Source: Chiloscyllium plagiosum (taxonomy: Eukaryota). From it: a stretch of 64,000 nt of DNA. The position numbers and the translations under genes were made by a program. The notes beneath the pieces were generated by a model. It worked only from the letters and a program-made list of their open reading frames with translations, searched no databases and was not told the origin of the DNA. The stretch lies in NCBI RefSeq assembly GCF_004010195.1, contig NC_057749.1, positions 9,684,196 to 9,748,195 of the forward strand, written 5' to 3'. Positions 37,650-51,184 of this stretch are shown one piece after another (positions within the stretch are counted from its first letter, which is position 1; each line of letters opens with the position of its first letter).

Positions 37650-38040
37650 CATAATTTCGAATTTTCCCGCCTGAGTCGCCTCTGCGGATTCACTCCCTGA
37701 TTGGCTAACTATTCCTTTCGCCCCGCCCGTTCGCCATGATTGGCAGCTGTGGCCAGGGTGGAGGTGTGATTGGCACGCCGGCTACCACCCGCCCTCCAAA
37801 CCACCTCGGCCAATGGGGAGGCGAGATCCTCAGATTTGGCCCGGACGGTGACCAATCGAGATAGAACCAGTGACGAGAACGACTTGCTGATTGGCGGGCC
37901 GGCGGAGGCCCTGTGATCCGACTGGACAGAGCGGCTGTCAATCTGGGTCGGTTTGTGGGGAGTCGGAAGGTGGGGTTTTGATTGGCCCAGGGCCCGGCGG
38001 GCGGCGAGGCCCCGCCCAGCGCTGCGCCCCGGCGGTTGTG
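37650..38040 (+). promoter_or_regulatory. CpG-island promoter with 7 CCAAT (NF-Y) boxes, GC boxes and an E2F/CHR-like module
   Basis: ATTGG/CCAAT at 37700, 37739, 37769, 37810, 37852, 37890 and 37981; GC boxes at ~37719, 37788 and 38009; TTTTCCCGCC at 37662-37671; dense CpG in a CpG-poor background. Confidence 0.85.
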
Positions 38041-38081
38041 CGGAGCGACGGGAAGGTGCAGCTCGAGCGGTGGCGGCGGCG
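38040..38081 (+). other. Putative non-coding first exon of an unidentified downstream gene
   Basis: GC-rich leader with (ggc)n ending GCG|gtgagt (donor 38082); alternative donor AAG|gtgagt at 38104; start site approximate. Confidence 0.65.
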
Positions 38082-38464
38082 GTGAGTGAGTGAGGCAGAG
38101 AAGGTGAGTCCCGGGTCAGCGACTGATTAAAGGGGGATGGGGGAATACCATGGACGCTGACGGTCTTCTCCCCCTCCCCCAAATCTTTCACAGCAGGTCG
38201 TTAGGGCAGCAGAGGCCTCGGGGCCGCTATAACCCAGTGCCTCTCGGAGCCCGGGTTTTGTACCTGAGGCCTTGTTGCAGCCTCCGCCTGATCAGAAAGG
38301 GAAGCCGGCTGGGAGGGACTTTCTGCAACCTGAGAGAAATCCGGAAGTGGTACTCTAGGGGGAGCTCGGAGCTCCCGCGGGTTGCGGGGGAGAAGCTGGA
38401 TGTAAACCCCGCAGAGGAGGTGCACCCCCTGCCCCTGCACCTGCACCGCCCCACACTGCAGCTG

Positions 38465-39088
38465 GGGGTCCCCCGCCTCCTCCTTCAGGTGAGGGTCCCC
38501 CTGGTGGACATGGGTCCCCCGCCTCCTCCTTCAGGTGAAGGTCCCCCTGGTGGACATGGGTCCCCTGCCTCCTCCTTCAGGTGAGGGTCCCCCTGGTGGA
38601 CATGGGTCCCCCGCCTCCTCCTTCAGGTGAAGGTCCCCCGCCTCCTCCTTCAGGTGGAGGTCCCCCTGGTGGACATGGGTCCCCCGCCTCCTCCTTCAGG
38701 TGGAGGTCCCCCTGGTGGACATGGGTCCCCCTCCTCCTCCTTCAGGTGGAGATCCCCCTGGTTGGAGATGGGTTCCCCGCCTCCTCCTTCAGGTGAGGGT
38801 TCCCCTGGTGGACATGGATCCCCCGCCTCCTCCTTCAGGTGGAGGTCCCCCGCTCCTCCTTCAGGTGGAGGCCCCCCCTGGTTGGAGATGGGTTCCCCAC
38901 ACCCTCCCCCCTTTAGGTGGAGGTCCCCCTGGTTGGAGATGGGTTCCCTACACCCTCCCCCCTTCAGGTGGAGGCCCCCCTGGTTGGAGATGGGTTCCCC
39001 ACACCCTCCCCCCTTTAGGTGGAGGTCCCCCTGGTTGGAGATGGATTCCCTACACCCTCCCCACTTCAGGTGGAAGTCCCTCTGGTTA
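38465..39088 (+). repeat. GC-rich minisatellite (46-bp units grading into 51-bp units)
   Basis: cttcaggt recurs at 38483, 38529 and 38575; gttggagatg recurs at 38881, 38932, 38983 and 39034. Confidence 0.95.
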
Positions 39089-39326
39089 CAGAAAGACATC
39101 ATGAACATTGAGCAGGTTGATGCCAGAGCTATTACAGTTTTCACTGCTGAAGTGAAGGCAAAGGATGAAAGATTTCATAGGGCAAAATGTTTTTGTTAAT
39201 TTATAAGGAGTACATGAGTATATGAGAGTTAATTAGGGAGTGGTGCATTTAGAAAGGTTATGGGGAAGAGCGTAATCCAGAGACTAATCCTGTGGAGACA
39301 TGGGTTCAAATCCTAATGCAGCAGGT

Positions 39327-39658
39327 AAAGATTAGATTAGATTAGATTACATTACAGTGTGGAAACAGGCCCGTTGGCCCAACAAGTCCACACCGACTCG
39401 CCGAAGCGCAACCCACCCATACCCCTACATTTTACCCCTCTACCTAACACCTAACACTGCGGGCAATTTAGCATGGCCAATTCACCTGACCTGCACATCT
39501 TTGGACTCTGGGAGGAAACTGGAGCATCCGGAGGAAACCCACGCAGACATGGGGAGAACGTGCAAACTCCACACAGTCAGTCGCCTGAGGCAGGAATTGA
39601 ACCCAGGTCTCTGGCGCTGTGAGGCAACAGTACTAACCACTGTGCCACCGTGCTGCCC
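39327..39658 (-). mobile_element. HE1-type SINE
   Basis: Family consensus on the minus strand with (attag)n tail. Confidence 0.9.
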
Positions 39659-42600
39659 CTTTTAGATCCACTTTTCAGATTTTCTTCTGATAGTGAATCT
39701 ATGGAATTCCTTACCACAGAGGGCTGTGAGGCTGGATCTCAAAGAATATTCAAGGCTGAGATAGATGGATGTTTAATTATTAAGAGGATCAAAGGTTATG
39801 GGGAAACCAGGAAAATGGGTTGGTGATGATGAGATTTACTATGATCTCACTAAATGGTGGAACACTATAGCTTGAATGGTCTACTTTTGTATCTGTGCTA
39901 GTGTATGTTTTGAATATTGATTTTCTCATTGATCCCTCTGGTTAAGGTGGAGGATCTTGCTAATTTTGAAACTATCCACTTGGAGCAAACATCAGCAGTG
40001 AAATTCTGCATTAAAGAGTTGTACATTTCAGCAAAGCAGAGGATGTTCTCCCTGACACACGTGTACCGATTTCACTTGAGTTATTAATTTTGTTTCTCTA
40101 CTCTTCCACTGTGTCCCGAGAAATCAAAGCTATTAATTGGAATCCATCTTAAATGTTGCGATTGGAGCTACAATGAATAGTTTGGTGACATTCTTTCTAG
40201 TTGCATACGGTTTCTTTTGCACTGACCCAGTGTGTTGAGTATTTTAAAGGTGCATTAAAATTGTCTGTATCTGTAATCCAGTCGAGTCAAATTTGATTGT
40301 AGAATCATAGATTTATATAGCACAGAAGGAAATAATTTAATGTTATTCCTTTGAAGCCTCTTTGTAAGTACTGTCCAGTCAGTCTTTTTCTCCTTGTTCT
40401 GTCAAATATTTCCCTCCAAACATTTGTTCATTTGTCATTTGGAATTTATTGTTAAATTTGGTTCTATTGTTTGCCCTTTGAGACAATCCATTCCATGCAA
40501 TAACAACTCATTGTGTAAAGGATCTCCCTACTGAATCTTAATTTAAGGTTTCATCAGGATTTGGAAAATGGGAGCAGGGAGCGGTTTGAGTCTTCAATTA
40601 ATGATATTGCAGATCTTCTGTCACAGTACCTCATCCAACATTATTCCCAAATCCTTCAATTCTTTCAGTATCTTTTGTGGAAACTCTTTGGTTATTCTAT
40701 GAAATCCACCAATAATTTTGAACAGCTCAGTTAAATCTCCAGTTGCTGTTTTCTCAATCTGGCTATCTGACTTCCACAGACATAGCCTATGCACTGCTTT
40801 TGCTCATGGTGCCTGCATTTTATCTTGTAAATTTAGAGTTAGGATGAGATGTATGTGAACTGTGTTGATACTTAATGTTGAATACATGAATTATTGAGCA
40901 GCTAATGAGTTATGATCCTTAAAACATGTTAAATAATTTAGCTAGCATTATATTGTAGACTCAACAGGATCAAAGATGATTGCCTTTCAACTTGTGGATT
41001 GGTGCTGCACAATGTTCTCTCATACCCATCATCTTTAGTGCTCACAATAGAAGTGCTAACTTGAATATTCATATCAGAATATGGGTATGAGGTTGAGACA
41101 GAGCTGGTAAATGTGAGTGGTATTAGAAGTTGTTTTTTCTTGTCTGCTTAAACCATATCAGCCCAAAGGATTATATCTGCATTCTTATTACATTTTAATG
41201 CTAGCAAAGATACTCGAAATGGAATTCAGGGAAATTTTAAAAACTGTATGTCATAAAAACAGTTGTAGTTTGGCTTATTGCTCGATGGTATTTAGCAATT
41301 TATTTCTGTGCTATAAATGTCTGCTTTATACAGCAGAATAATACCTGAACAAAGAAATTATTCTTCACGTGAATGTTATGTTTTCAAATATGAATCTGTA
41401 CTGAGGATGCACAGTGACTGGAATTTACTAATATATTTTTATAGTGATTGAGCGCTCTGTACACTTTAAAATTGGGTGTCAAATTCATGCAATTTATTTT
41501 TTCATAAAGTACACCCTAGGTGTACTTTAAAACATAACTAATTAAGAACAGTATGGAGCAGAACAACAACTTTCAGAATAGTGTGAATTGACTTCTAGTG
41601 TGATCATATCATATAATAGTGGTCAGGTGCTTTGAGTATATTATAGCTATCGAGCAGGCTTCTGGTATGTTGAGATATAATCTTGTCCGTTTTCTCTTGC
41701 ACTATATTTAAAATGGAGAAATTTGTAGTGTCTCATGTGTAGCTTAAGGTGATCACTTAAGATTATAAATGGTGTTTTTGATTCCAAGCTAAGACTCTAC
41801 CAGTTCACAGTCTTCAATGTTTTCTACTCTTGTCTTTACTTTTGGATTGTTAGTCATTTTCATGCACCAGAAACGATTGAAAAGATTTGGTTGGTTCTGT
41901 TCAAGTACAGAAATGACTGCTCAAATCTAAATAACTGAAGTCTGGAACATTGGGTAGACAGATTCTGTGGGTAGACAGATTCTGTGGAATGACAGATAGG
42001 TCTCTGTTTTAGAAGGTGGTTCTTTCAAGGTGGAAAATGTTTGTAATGTTTTGTATTTTAACTTAAGTTTTGCATTTTGTCAGAGTCAGCCTGCAGTTTA
42101 TGTTGTGTACTCCTAGGATAAACATTTGCTGTTATGTCAGCTGTTTGGTCTTGATTAAAGTTTTCAGGCAGCAGCATGTTCATTTATGATTTCATAACTA
42201 TGTCTGACGCCTGGAGGTTACGCTTAACAGCACTGTTTTTACATGACCTTGTACTTTGTACAGAAATGGAGCAGTTTGCATTGGAGCAACTTCAGCTGCA
42301 TAACATAAACTTGCAAAGAATGAAAACAGTGTTTGTTGTTTATGGAATGATTTATACAAGATGCCATATGTATGGCATCAAATACTTTATAAAAAGGATC
42401 TATTCTGATTCATGTTCTTTTCTGAATTATGCCGATATGTTGTTGCTGCGTGAATTTTTTAATGAGGCATCCAAGATCCTGTAAAATTGTTACCTTCACA
42501 TAATTTGCTCTTTTGGTGCTTTCCTTTGGTGTCATGATATTTGACACAGCAACCATTGCATGCTCTGCCATGAGGTTAGTGACACCCTTAGTTTGCTGAT

Positions 42601-45600
42601 GTTAGTAATGAGACTTCAAATCTGGGGACTGATTAATGGAATAATCAGTCCAAATTGTGAACTCGAGTGAGCATGTGGATTGTAAAAGCAATGCATTTAT
42701 CAGTATGAATAGATTGTTTCCTCTCATTTTACAGCAGCTCTCTTTTTTTGAGTTCGGAGGTCAACTCAAATTAACATGCTTGTCCATCAATGGCCCTTTT
42801 AATCTGACGTATGGCTATTGCAACACAAAAGCTTGCATTCAGCAAGTTATTAGCTTAAATGGGAACAAAATGTCTGAATTTAATTCTCCAGTCAGCTATA
42901 CACTCAAAATGTGTTTTAGTGAGGGCAGGATGTGTGGAAAAGCCAATATTTCACCTTTGTTGGTTGTTTCAATAATGAAATATGGAAAGCTTGCCTAGGA
43001 TTGGTTTATTGTCCCCAAGAGTTTAATCGTATAAGGTTTTGCCTCCTTCAATTTTAATTTTGACAGTGTGCAAATGTAACTATAATGTTTTTAATAATCC
43101 TGGAAAGACAACGATGTTGTATGGGCAAAAGTGATCTTTGTGGAATTATACAATGGAAGTTGCAGGTTCAGTTATTTTTGTTTTGAAATATTGCTTCACT
43201 GCAATATTTTAGTGCTGTTTTGAAGAGCAATGTTTTTGTGGATTGTTGTTTCAGTTTACAATAGGTTTTGCAAATTTTGCGACATTCTGACAGCCTGTAT
43301 TTGCAAAATGATTGAGTACTCATCTCTACTTTTGATAGGTTTTTGTTCATTTTTATATTGACTTTGAGGTTATAGGTGTAGTAACAGAAATTAAATTCAG
43401 AGTTTCAATAATCCAAGCAATGTGTTCAGATTCCTCTCTAACAGTGTCAGAATTTGAATCATTTATGTTGAAAATAAAATTCTTGCTTTCATATAAAGTA
43501 AAAGGGACTGAAAAAATGAACAAATTGTTGCAGCAGACAAATTGGTTGGCTAGCATCCTTGCCTCATTTGCCCTTTATGAAACTCAAATCCCATACCAAT
43601 GCAGTTGGCTCTGAACTGTCTTCTGACACAAAACAAGCCACCAAAGTTGGGATGATGTTCAGTAAGTTCCAGCCTTGCCTGTGAACAAATACTAAGCTAT
43701 ATTTGTCAGATGTTTTAACACCATTTGCAAATTATGCATTAGTCACCATAAATTCCATCAACTTTCTTAACAATTGTCATTTGTGCAAAAGTTTTTGTAG
43801 TTTTATTCTGAAACGATCGCATTGTTGACAAGAAATCAGCTGTAATTAATTTGTAACTTGTACACTGAACAATTTCAAATACTATAATTATTCAGATTTA
43901 TGTGCCTTATTTGGTATTTCCTGCCAATATATCAATATCTTGCTAAGGTTTACAGTACATGCATTGTTCTCTACCTGTTGTCTGTGTGTGCATTTTTCCA
44001 AAGTAGAAGGAATTAATCTTTGCATAACACTTGGTAATATTTGTACAGATCATGTTGGTTGGATGTTATTCAGTGGAGTCTGAATATTATGTAGATATTA
44101 TATTTAACAGGTGTAACTAGCAAAAAGCAACTTTGTTTCATTTGATTTCTTTTGCATTGTATTCCTCCTACCGCTTAGATGTGCTAAAGTGTATCTTTCT
44201 AAGTGGAGGATGCAGTTATTCCATGATTTAAGTGCTTGTATGATTTGTTGAGGAATACAAATCTAATAACTTGGCTGGCAATGTGAAAAGCCCTTGTCAT
44301 CAGTTTCTTCCTTATGCTTGAATTATTAGCCTCACCCCACACAAGCTGCCCTCGGTGATAGAAAGGTATCAACGCAGGAGCAGAAGATCATTTGACTGGT
44401 GGGGTCTGTTCTTCCATTCAATATGATCATTTAGACTTCTGTCTAAATGCTAACTACCTCTAGAAATCTATCAGTTTTCTACCAAATTTTGGAATGTGCC
44501 TTTGCTAAGAGCGCAGCAGTAGTTTTGGTTTCGGTTTTTGTTGAAGTTCACCCCATGGAGCTTTGTCACACAGGACTCCGTTCTATGGATACATTGAGCT
44601 AAACACCAATCGTGGCAACAGGACCATCAATTCAGTTGGGAGGCATTCATTTTAGTGTTCTGAAACGTGCTGGTCTTCCGCTGCATTACTGAGTGTCAAA
44701 GGGTCTAGGAATGCCCGACAGCCAGGGCCAGCTGCATACTAGCACAATTGGGTAAGGTTCCGTCTAGAGTCTATCAGTCTCAATACACTCAGGGGCTCGA
44801 AATTGTATTGATCCCCTCAGAGTATGCATTGCAAATATCCAGATTGTTGAAATTGCATTGAGGCACCTTCAAGTGAAAGTTTTTTTCTGGAGCGATTTAT
44901 TCCTGTAACTTAGTTCAGATGTTTTACTTAGGCTGTGTGCCTAACATAGACTGTATTTTGTAAATATCAATACTGTAATACAATTGCATTGAGGCAGTCA
45001 AAAATAGAACATGCTGTTTGGATACAAGTTGAATTTCTTTGCACATTCTGTAATATACAAGTCAATGTTTTATAATGGATTTTTCCAAATCTTACGAATA
45101 AGGTTTTTGTAAAAGAGGAAAATATGCATGCAAATTTTGCTGTGTAAAAAGTAGTTTAAGATAATAAATTGTGGATTTGGGAAATAATCCAGATTTAGTT
45201 CATTGCAGTGCAGTGTGTACTGAATTATCAAAAATGCTGTCTTTTGGATGAATTGGAGAATTGGCATCCAATTTACCTTGATGACTATAAAAGAGGCTGT
45301 GGAAGCAGGAGAGTTCCCAGATTCTCTGTCCAATAACTCATTTAACATGCTGAAGAGTTGTTCTGGTCATTTGTCTCAGTTGTTTGTGCTGTGTATATAT
45401 TTGATCACAATACTTGTTTCTGACTTTCTTTGGAATGTCCTGAGGAGCCATCACAGGGCTATTTTGATATCTTGAAGCTGTACCTCTTTGAAGGCGAACT
45501 GCTTCATGATTTATCTTTGCACATGTAAGCAATTTTGGACAATATTTAAAAATGAATAATTTAGATATTTAAAGCCATATTTAATTTCCAAAGACTGTTG

Positions 45601-46864
45601 TATGTCAAAAAATAAGCTATGTGAAGAGATTTAGGGGCTCGATCCTTCTGACATGAATCCTATGTTACTACAAATTCCTCCATCTTTGGATCAAAGGTCA
45701 TGAGTATTGAATAATTGCCAAGCCCAGGAAGGCATTTGACCGGCATATCTGGAGCTATATAATTCTGATCTGTGGTCCTGTTCATGCTGCGTGTCTGTTC
45801 AGTTGTCCATTGCATGTTTCTTCTCATAAGGCTAAACTTGGGTCAGGGTAGCTCATCCGGCATCAAGGGAAAATAGTTTATTAAACCAAATATGCAAGAG
45901 GAGAAGGCAGAGAATGCTCACATTAAATTAGTATTGTTAGTTGTATTGCTTTTTTAAAAAAAAAAGTACATTTGCCGTTTGTGTATTCTCTCCTCAATGG
46001 AAGCTCGAGGCAGTGATGCACAGGATGCCAGTCTGGTCAATCTAGTGTTGGAGAGCTGAGCGCAAGCTGCACAGCTGACAAGTTGGCATTTCAAGTAGAC
46101 ATGACACAAATAGCTTGGAGTGTTCAAACAAGACAGTATTCCAATATAGTACAGTAAACTGTTGTATGCTAGATATCACTGGCATGCAGCAGATAGCTGT
46201 AGTGATTTATGAGATATGTTGCCTATGTGAGCCTAATAGGAACAGCATCTACTAATTCTGTTGGTGTTCTCTCAAAGCGCAGTATTGTAAAATGCTGGCA
46301 TTCAGTGATGTATTTTGACACATGACTCATTTGGATTCTTAGATGTTACCACCTGGAGTCTGTGTTTTAGCTTTATCCCTACATGCAGACATTTTAAGCA
46401 TATTAGAAACAGTTACATTATATTGTCATTTCCCAATTTCTCTGCCAGGTTACAAATTGAAACAAAGATAAACAATCTTATACAGTGTCTCAGTAAAGGT
46501 CACCATTATATCTTCAATTATGCTGTTGAAGGTTTGATTGCAATGCACAAAAATGCATTAAAGAAAGACTGTCTCTGACCATCAGCCAGCTAAGGGAGTG
46601 ATTTTTTTTTGTGAACGTAATGGATGCATTTGCAGCAACCATATTCATGATTACTAATGTTGAGAGTAAATTGCAAATAATGTGATGAATGTATCTTGGA
46701 TATGAATAAATCACGAATTGTTTTGGATAAAGGATAACATTTATAAACTGAAATAAGGTATTGTGAACCTTATCGGAAGACAATGATTGTAAAATGTTCC
46801 CAGATTGTTTCACTCTAGTATCTAATTATAAGAATTTCTTTGACTACAGCAATGAAATTTCAAT

Positions 46865-47411
46865 TGTTGTTCCATTCCCCCCTCCCCCTCAGCTGAAGTA
46901 AAATGCTCAGAGTGACTGTATAATTTTACCTCCATCTTTATTCTGGGCCCTGGAGGGAGAGAGCACGATCGCTCATGTGCACAATGACATGAGTTCATGG
47001 TCTTCTCTCGAACAACAGTTCCTCAATGAAGTATATAGTCATTTTACAAGGAGGAGCATCCACATGAGGCAGCGTACATATTAATTGGGTGACTATTACA
47101 ATCAATGAGTATCAATAGCAGAGACCAAGTGCTTTACTGTTGTACAGTGAATGTTTTTAATCTGGGTTCAAACATTGGATACATTTTCCCCTTGTTAGCT
47201 GAACTTGCATACTGAATGCTTCCAAAATTGTTAAATGGCTCTACATAATGACTGCTTGTCCACCTTGTTAACCCTTTACACTTGTCTCCAGTATGCCATT
47301 GTTAACTGTAAGTTCTTATCTGATCTGAGTGATGTTCAGCTGAACCTCTTGTTTCACAAAACTCAGAACATAACTCTTTCCCTGCCTGCTTATTCCCTAT
47401 ATACGTTCTCG
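46865..47411 (-). mobile_element. LTR (3' LTR or separate copy) of an ERV-like element
   Basis: Direct repeat of 49705-50242 with substitutions and indels; AATAAA on the minus strand near the 3' end. Confidence 0.8.
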
Positions 47412-49179
47412 TTCCGTCCGTATCATTTAATGATAACCACCTAGATGGCACTAGTAGTGTTCATTAGACTGACAGCCAGTATTTTAGCAAGTTATTGGCA
47501 CACATCATACAATGATTATAACAACAACAAAAAATACTAGTCCATTACAGTAAATAAAATTTGAACAATCCTTCCATGTGAAAAAAAAATTCACCAGTAA
47601 ACTTCTTAAATCCACAGTCCTTAGTGAGCACTCATCCTGTCCAAGTTGCGTGGAAATGAGCCAGTCAAAATCTCCTATAGTAAAGTCCAACCTGAAAACA
47701 AAATTCAGTCTGTCCTTGTGCATCACTCCACAGAGAAATCTGATTACTTGGATAAGGGCAGTTAAATACTTCACAAAACCAACGAGACTTCCTTCTTTCC
47801 GGAGATGTTTCAGATGGAGGATGCCAGCACATCTGAAAGTGCAGTGTTGCAGCTGCAGGCTAGGTGAATGCAGCATTCTTTGCTTCCGCTCTGCTGTTAA
47901 ATGTTATGAAGCCAACTGGCCTTTTTGATGTTAGCTTGATTGGTGAACCTTCCTATCCCTTAAATAATCAAGACAAGGTATAGCTCATGTAGTTTAATGT
48001 CCACAGGAAGGTCACTGACAAGGACTGACCTCCTCTTCACTGTTGTTAATTTCTTCTTTTTGTGCTCATGACTGGGAGCTGAATGAATCCATTGGATCAG
48101 GTTGTGGAGGGGTGGGTGGTGGTCTGAAGGCATGTTTTACCTGTGAATAGAGAAACTCTAGAGAAGATGTTAGCTGCTGAAAGTATCTTTGCATTTCCTC
48201 TCTCATTTCTTCATTGCCAGTCACATATTTAACTAGACTAAATTGTGTCTGCCTATTTCAACATTCTCAGTTGACTTGAAGTCTGTTACTCTGTTCACTA
48301 TTTATGACATTATCAAATTTTGTACAATCCATATGTTTCTAAATTGTACTGCCTAAACAATTTAGTCAATTATAAACAACAGTCAATGGTCCTAAAATCA
48401 AACCCTCAGGTATCCTATTCGGGTTATTCAAAATTAATTTTCTTTTTAACAAATCAATACTTGGCTAATGTGAAAGTTGTCAGGAAAAGTATTTCAAAAG
48501 TCTGGAACAGCATGAAAACAACAAAATGTTTCCTGTGCTTTAGCAATCGAAGAGGTAGTTTCAGTTCAGATTTAAATCTCAAATATTCGTGGGAAGCAAA
48601 TGCTGAATATTTAAAAATATGTTCTCCAAACGAAACTTCCCAAATAACAGTTGGAAATACAGTAGCAACTTTAGAGATCTACAGTCTTTGAATTTGCAAT
48701 ATGAAGGAGGACAATGTAGTCTTAATAATTAAGAGAACTGAAACAGCTCAGCCTCAAGTTCTAATATTCTCAAAACATCAAACTCAAAATGCACTCTTTT
48801 TGTTGAACACTATATTAAAAACACAGCAGCAGCAAATATATTTTAATACAATACTCTCGTCTGGCTAAAGTTTGACCACTGACCCAGCTTTTTTTTAAAC
48901 AGGCATTGTAGAATTTCAAACACATCAGGGGTTCAAGGCACTCAATTTGTTTCAAGGTTACAAGTTTGATAATTTTAAAAAGGACATAATGTTGTACAAT
49001 TTCAATGTACAAACAAAATCTGCCCCATTATGTTGAATTGAGATCCTGATGCAAATAAGTTACTTTGATATTTTCTGATTCAGTATTTTAACAAACCTAA
49101 ATATTTAAATATCAAACACTTAGAGCATGGTGCAATTTACATCGAAACTTCCTTCTCTGAGCCAAGTATTAGTACAACC

Positions 49180-50242
49180 TTAATTTCAGCATTCTTTTGT
49201 TTTCTTTTATTTGCATCCTGTCACTGAAATTACCCTTAGAGAAGGCCCTCACAGCGGACCACGTGATGCTGCAATCCAAGCTTTCCCCCAAAACACAGAC
49301 TCGCAGAGCCTCAAATTTTACCACGAGGGGACTTTAACCCCTTTCTCACTTTACTCCTCACAGAGAACTCGAACCTCGCTTAAACCCCGAGAGCTTGAAG
49401 CTCACTTAAACACAGTGCAGAGGACTTGAACCTCAAATCAACCCACCCAATAGACTCAAGCCTCTGCCTGCCAGTGTGCTTGTGAAACTGTGTACTCGAC
49501 TGAACTAATTACCATTTGAGGAATCCGTAGAATAGAGAGCGATTGAATAAGGGGACCATCTCTGGCGGACAGGAATGTTGAGAGGAATCAAGGTTTAAAA
49601 TCTTACCTGTGGGCCCATCCATCTGGAGACACTGATGTTCTGGGCGGCTGCTGACACCGTCCAATCGTAACTATCCATTTGGATCCTGCCGACTATGCCA
49701 CTATTGTCATCCCGTCCTCCACCCCTCAGTTGAAGCAAAATGCTCAGAGACACAGTATAGCTTTACCTCCTTCATCTTTATTCCGGCCCTGGAGGGAGAG
49801 AGAACGATTGCCCATGTGCACAGGGACATGCGTTCATGGTCTTCTCTCCAACAACAGTTCCTCAATGAACCATATAGTCATTTTACAGGGAGGAGCATCC
49901 AGATAAGTCAACATACATAATAATTAGGTGACCATTACAATCTATGAGTATCAATAGCAAAGACTGTTATGCAATGAATTTTCTTAATCTTGTTAACTAG
50001 GTTCATACAATGGATACAGTTCCTCTTGTTAGCTGACCATGCTGACTGAGTGCTTCCAATATTGTTAAATGGCTCACATAATGACTGCTTTTTCACCTTG
50101 TTAACCCATTACCCTTGCTTCCAGCATGCCATTGTTTACTAAGTTCTTATCTGATCTGAGTGATGCTCAGCTGAACCTCTTGTTTCACAAAACTCAGAAC
50201 GTAACTTTTTCCCTGCCTGTTTGTACCCCATATACATTCTCA
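49180..50242 (-). mobile_element. ERV-like 5' LTR, tRNA-Ser primer-binding site and leader
   Basis: LTR 50242-49705; minus-strand TGGCATAGTCGGCAGGAT (49700-49683) is complementary to the tRNA-Ser 3' end ATCCTGCCGACTACGCCA with one mismatch; CAG|GTAAGA splice donor at ~49607. Confidence 0.82.
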
Positions 50243-51184
50243 CGGTAGCCTACTAGTGTCCATTATAAATTTCCTTACCATTAAACTATAGTATCAACAT
50301 TGTTTAAATTTTGTTAAGATTGGAGTGTTATGTTTAAGGTGATTATGTTAAAGGTTGTTTGGTATGATTCATGAGGCGACAATTTAATTTAGGTTCCTGA
50401 TGCTATTTCAACCTCTGATGAATTATTACCTTTGTACTCCAGCCACCTGTATTATATTGTGCAGTAATCGCAGTTCCTTTCGGGCTCCAGTTGTATCTTG
50501 TGGGTTGGTTTGCAGTTACTGCACATCAGATGAGTACTTCTTTAGTTTCTGGGATACACAGTTAAAAATGCAAGGTGTGCATTTCCACTTGTTGAATGAA
50601 ACGTTGGAATGCACAAGAGTGGGAACTTTTGGTTAAGGACAGGATATGTTGTGACATAGTTCACTAGGATGCCGAATTGTTTCAGGTAGAACAAGTAGTT
50701 TCTTTGACAAACCACTATTATAGGTTGCTTCTGCTGGAATTTTGTGGAATGAAGGAATATCATAGTGCTTCCGGAGCATTTTGAAGTTTCTTAAAACAAA
50801 AGCATGAGAGTCAGGGAAAAGGGTTCGGGGCTGTTTTAAACTGCTGGGCATTTTGGAATAGCAGTTGACATCAGTGATCAGACAGGCTATGCCCACCTTT
50901 TTTTTTAGAAAGGTAAGGATTTAAATTTATCTCCGCTACTTGCACATGGTCTGAGCTCCACAGTAACTATTGCTGCCTCTCACTTTGTGGCTTGTGACCT
51001 ACACTTTGGAAAACCCAGGCAAAGGGGAAATTATTGGCTCTTAAATTTTCGATTTTGGACAATATCAAATACGTATGTGCAGTTTCATTTCTTGAAACAA
51101 AGTTGAGAAATGTTTCCCACGTGTACATTTAAATATAGCAGAGTATGTTTCACACTGAGTTCCTGACTTAATGAAGCTGGAGGA

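Noticed and set aside
37709..38584. ORFs of 144-160 aa over the CpG island
   Set aside because: Expected from high GC content; low-complexity products with no recognisable domain.
38581..39199. Pro/Gly-rich ORFs of 134-190 aa (formin- or collagen-like)
   Set aside because: Translations of a stop-poor GC-rich minisatellite whose 46-bp unit is not a multiple of 3; open in several frames on both strands.
49683..49700. tRNA-Ser gene fragment
   Set aside because: Only the 3' 18 nt including CCA are present, next to an LTR; this is a primer-binding site.
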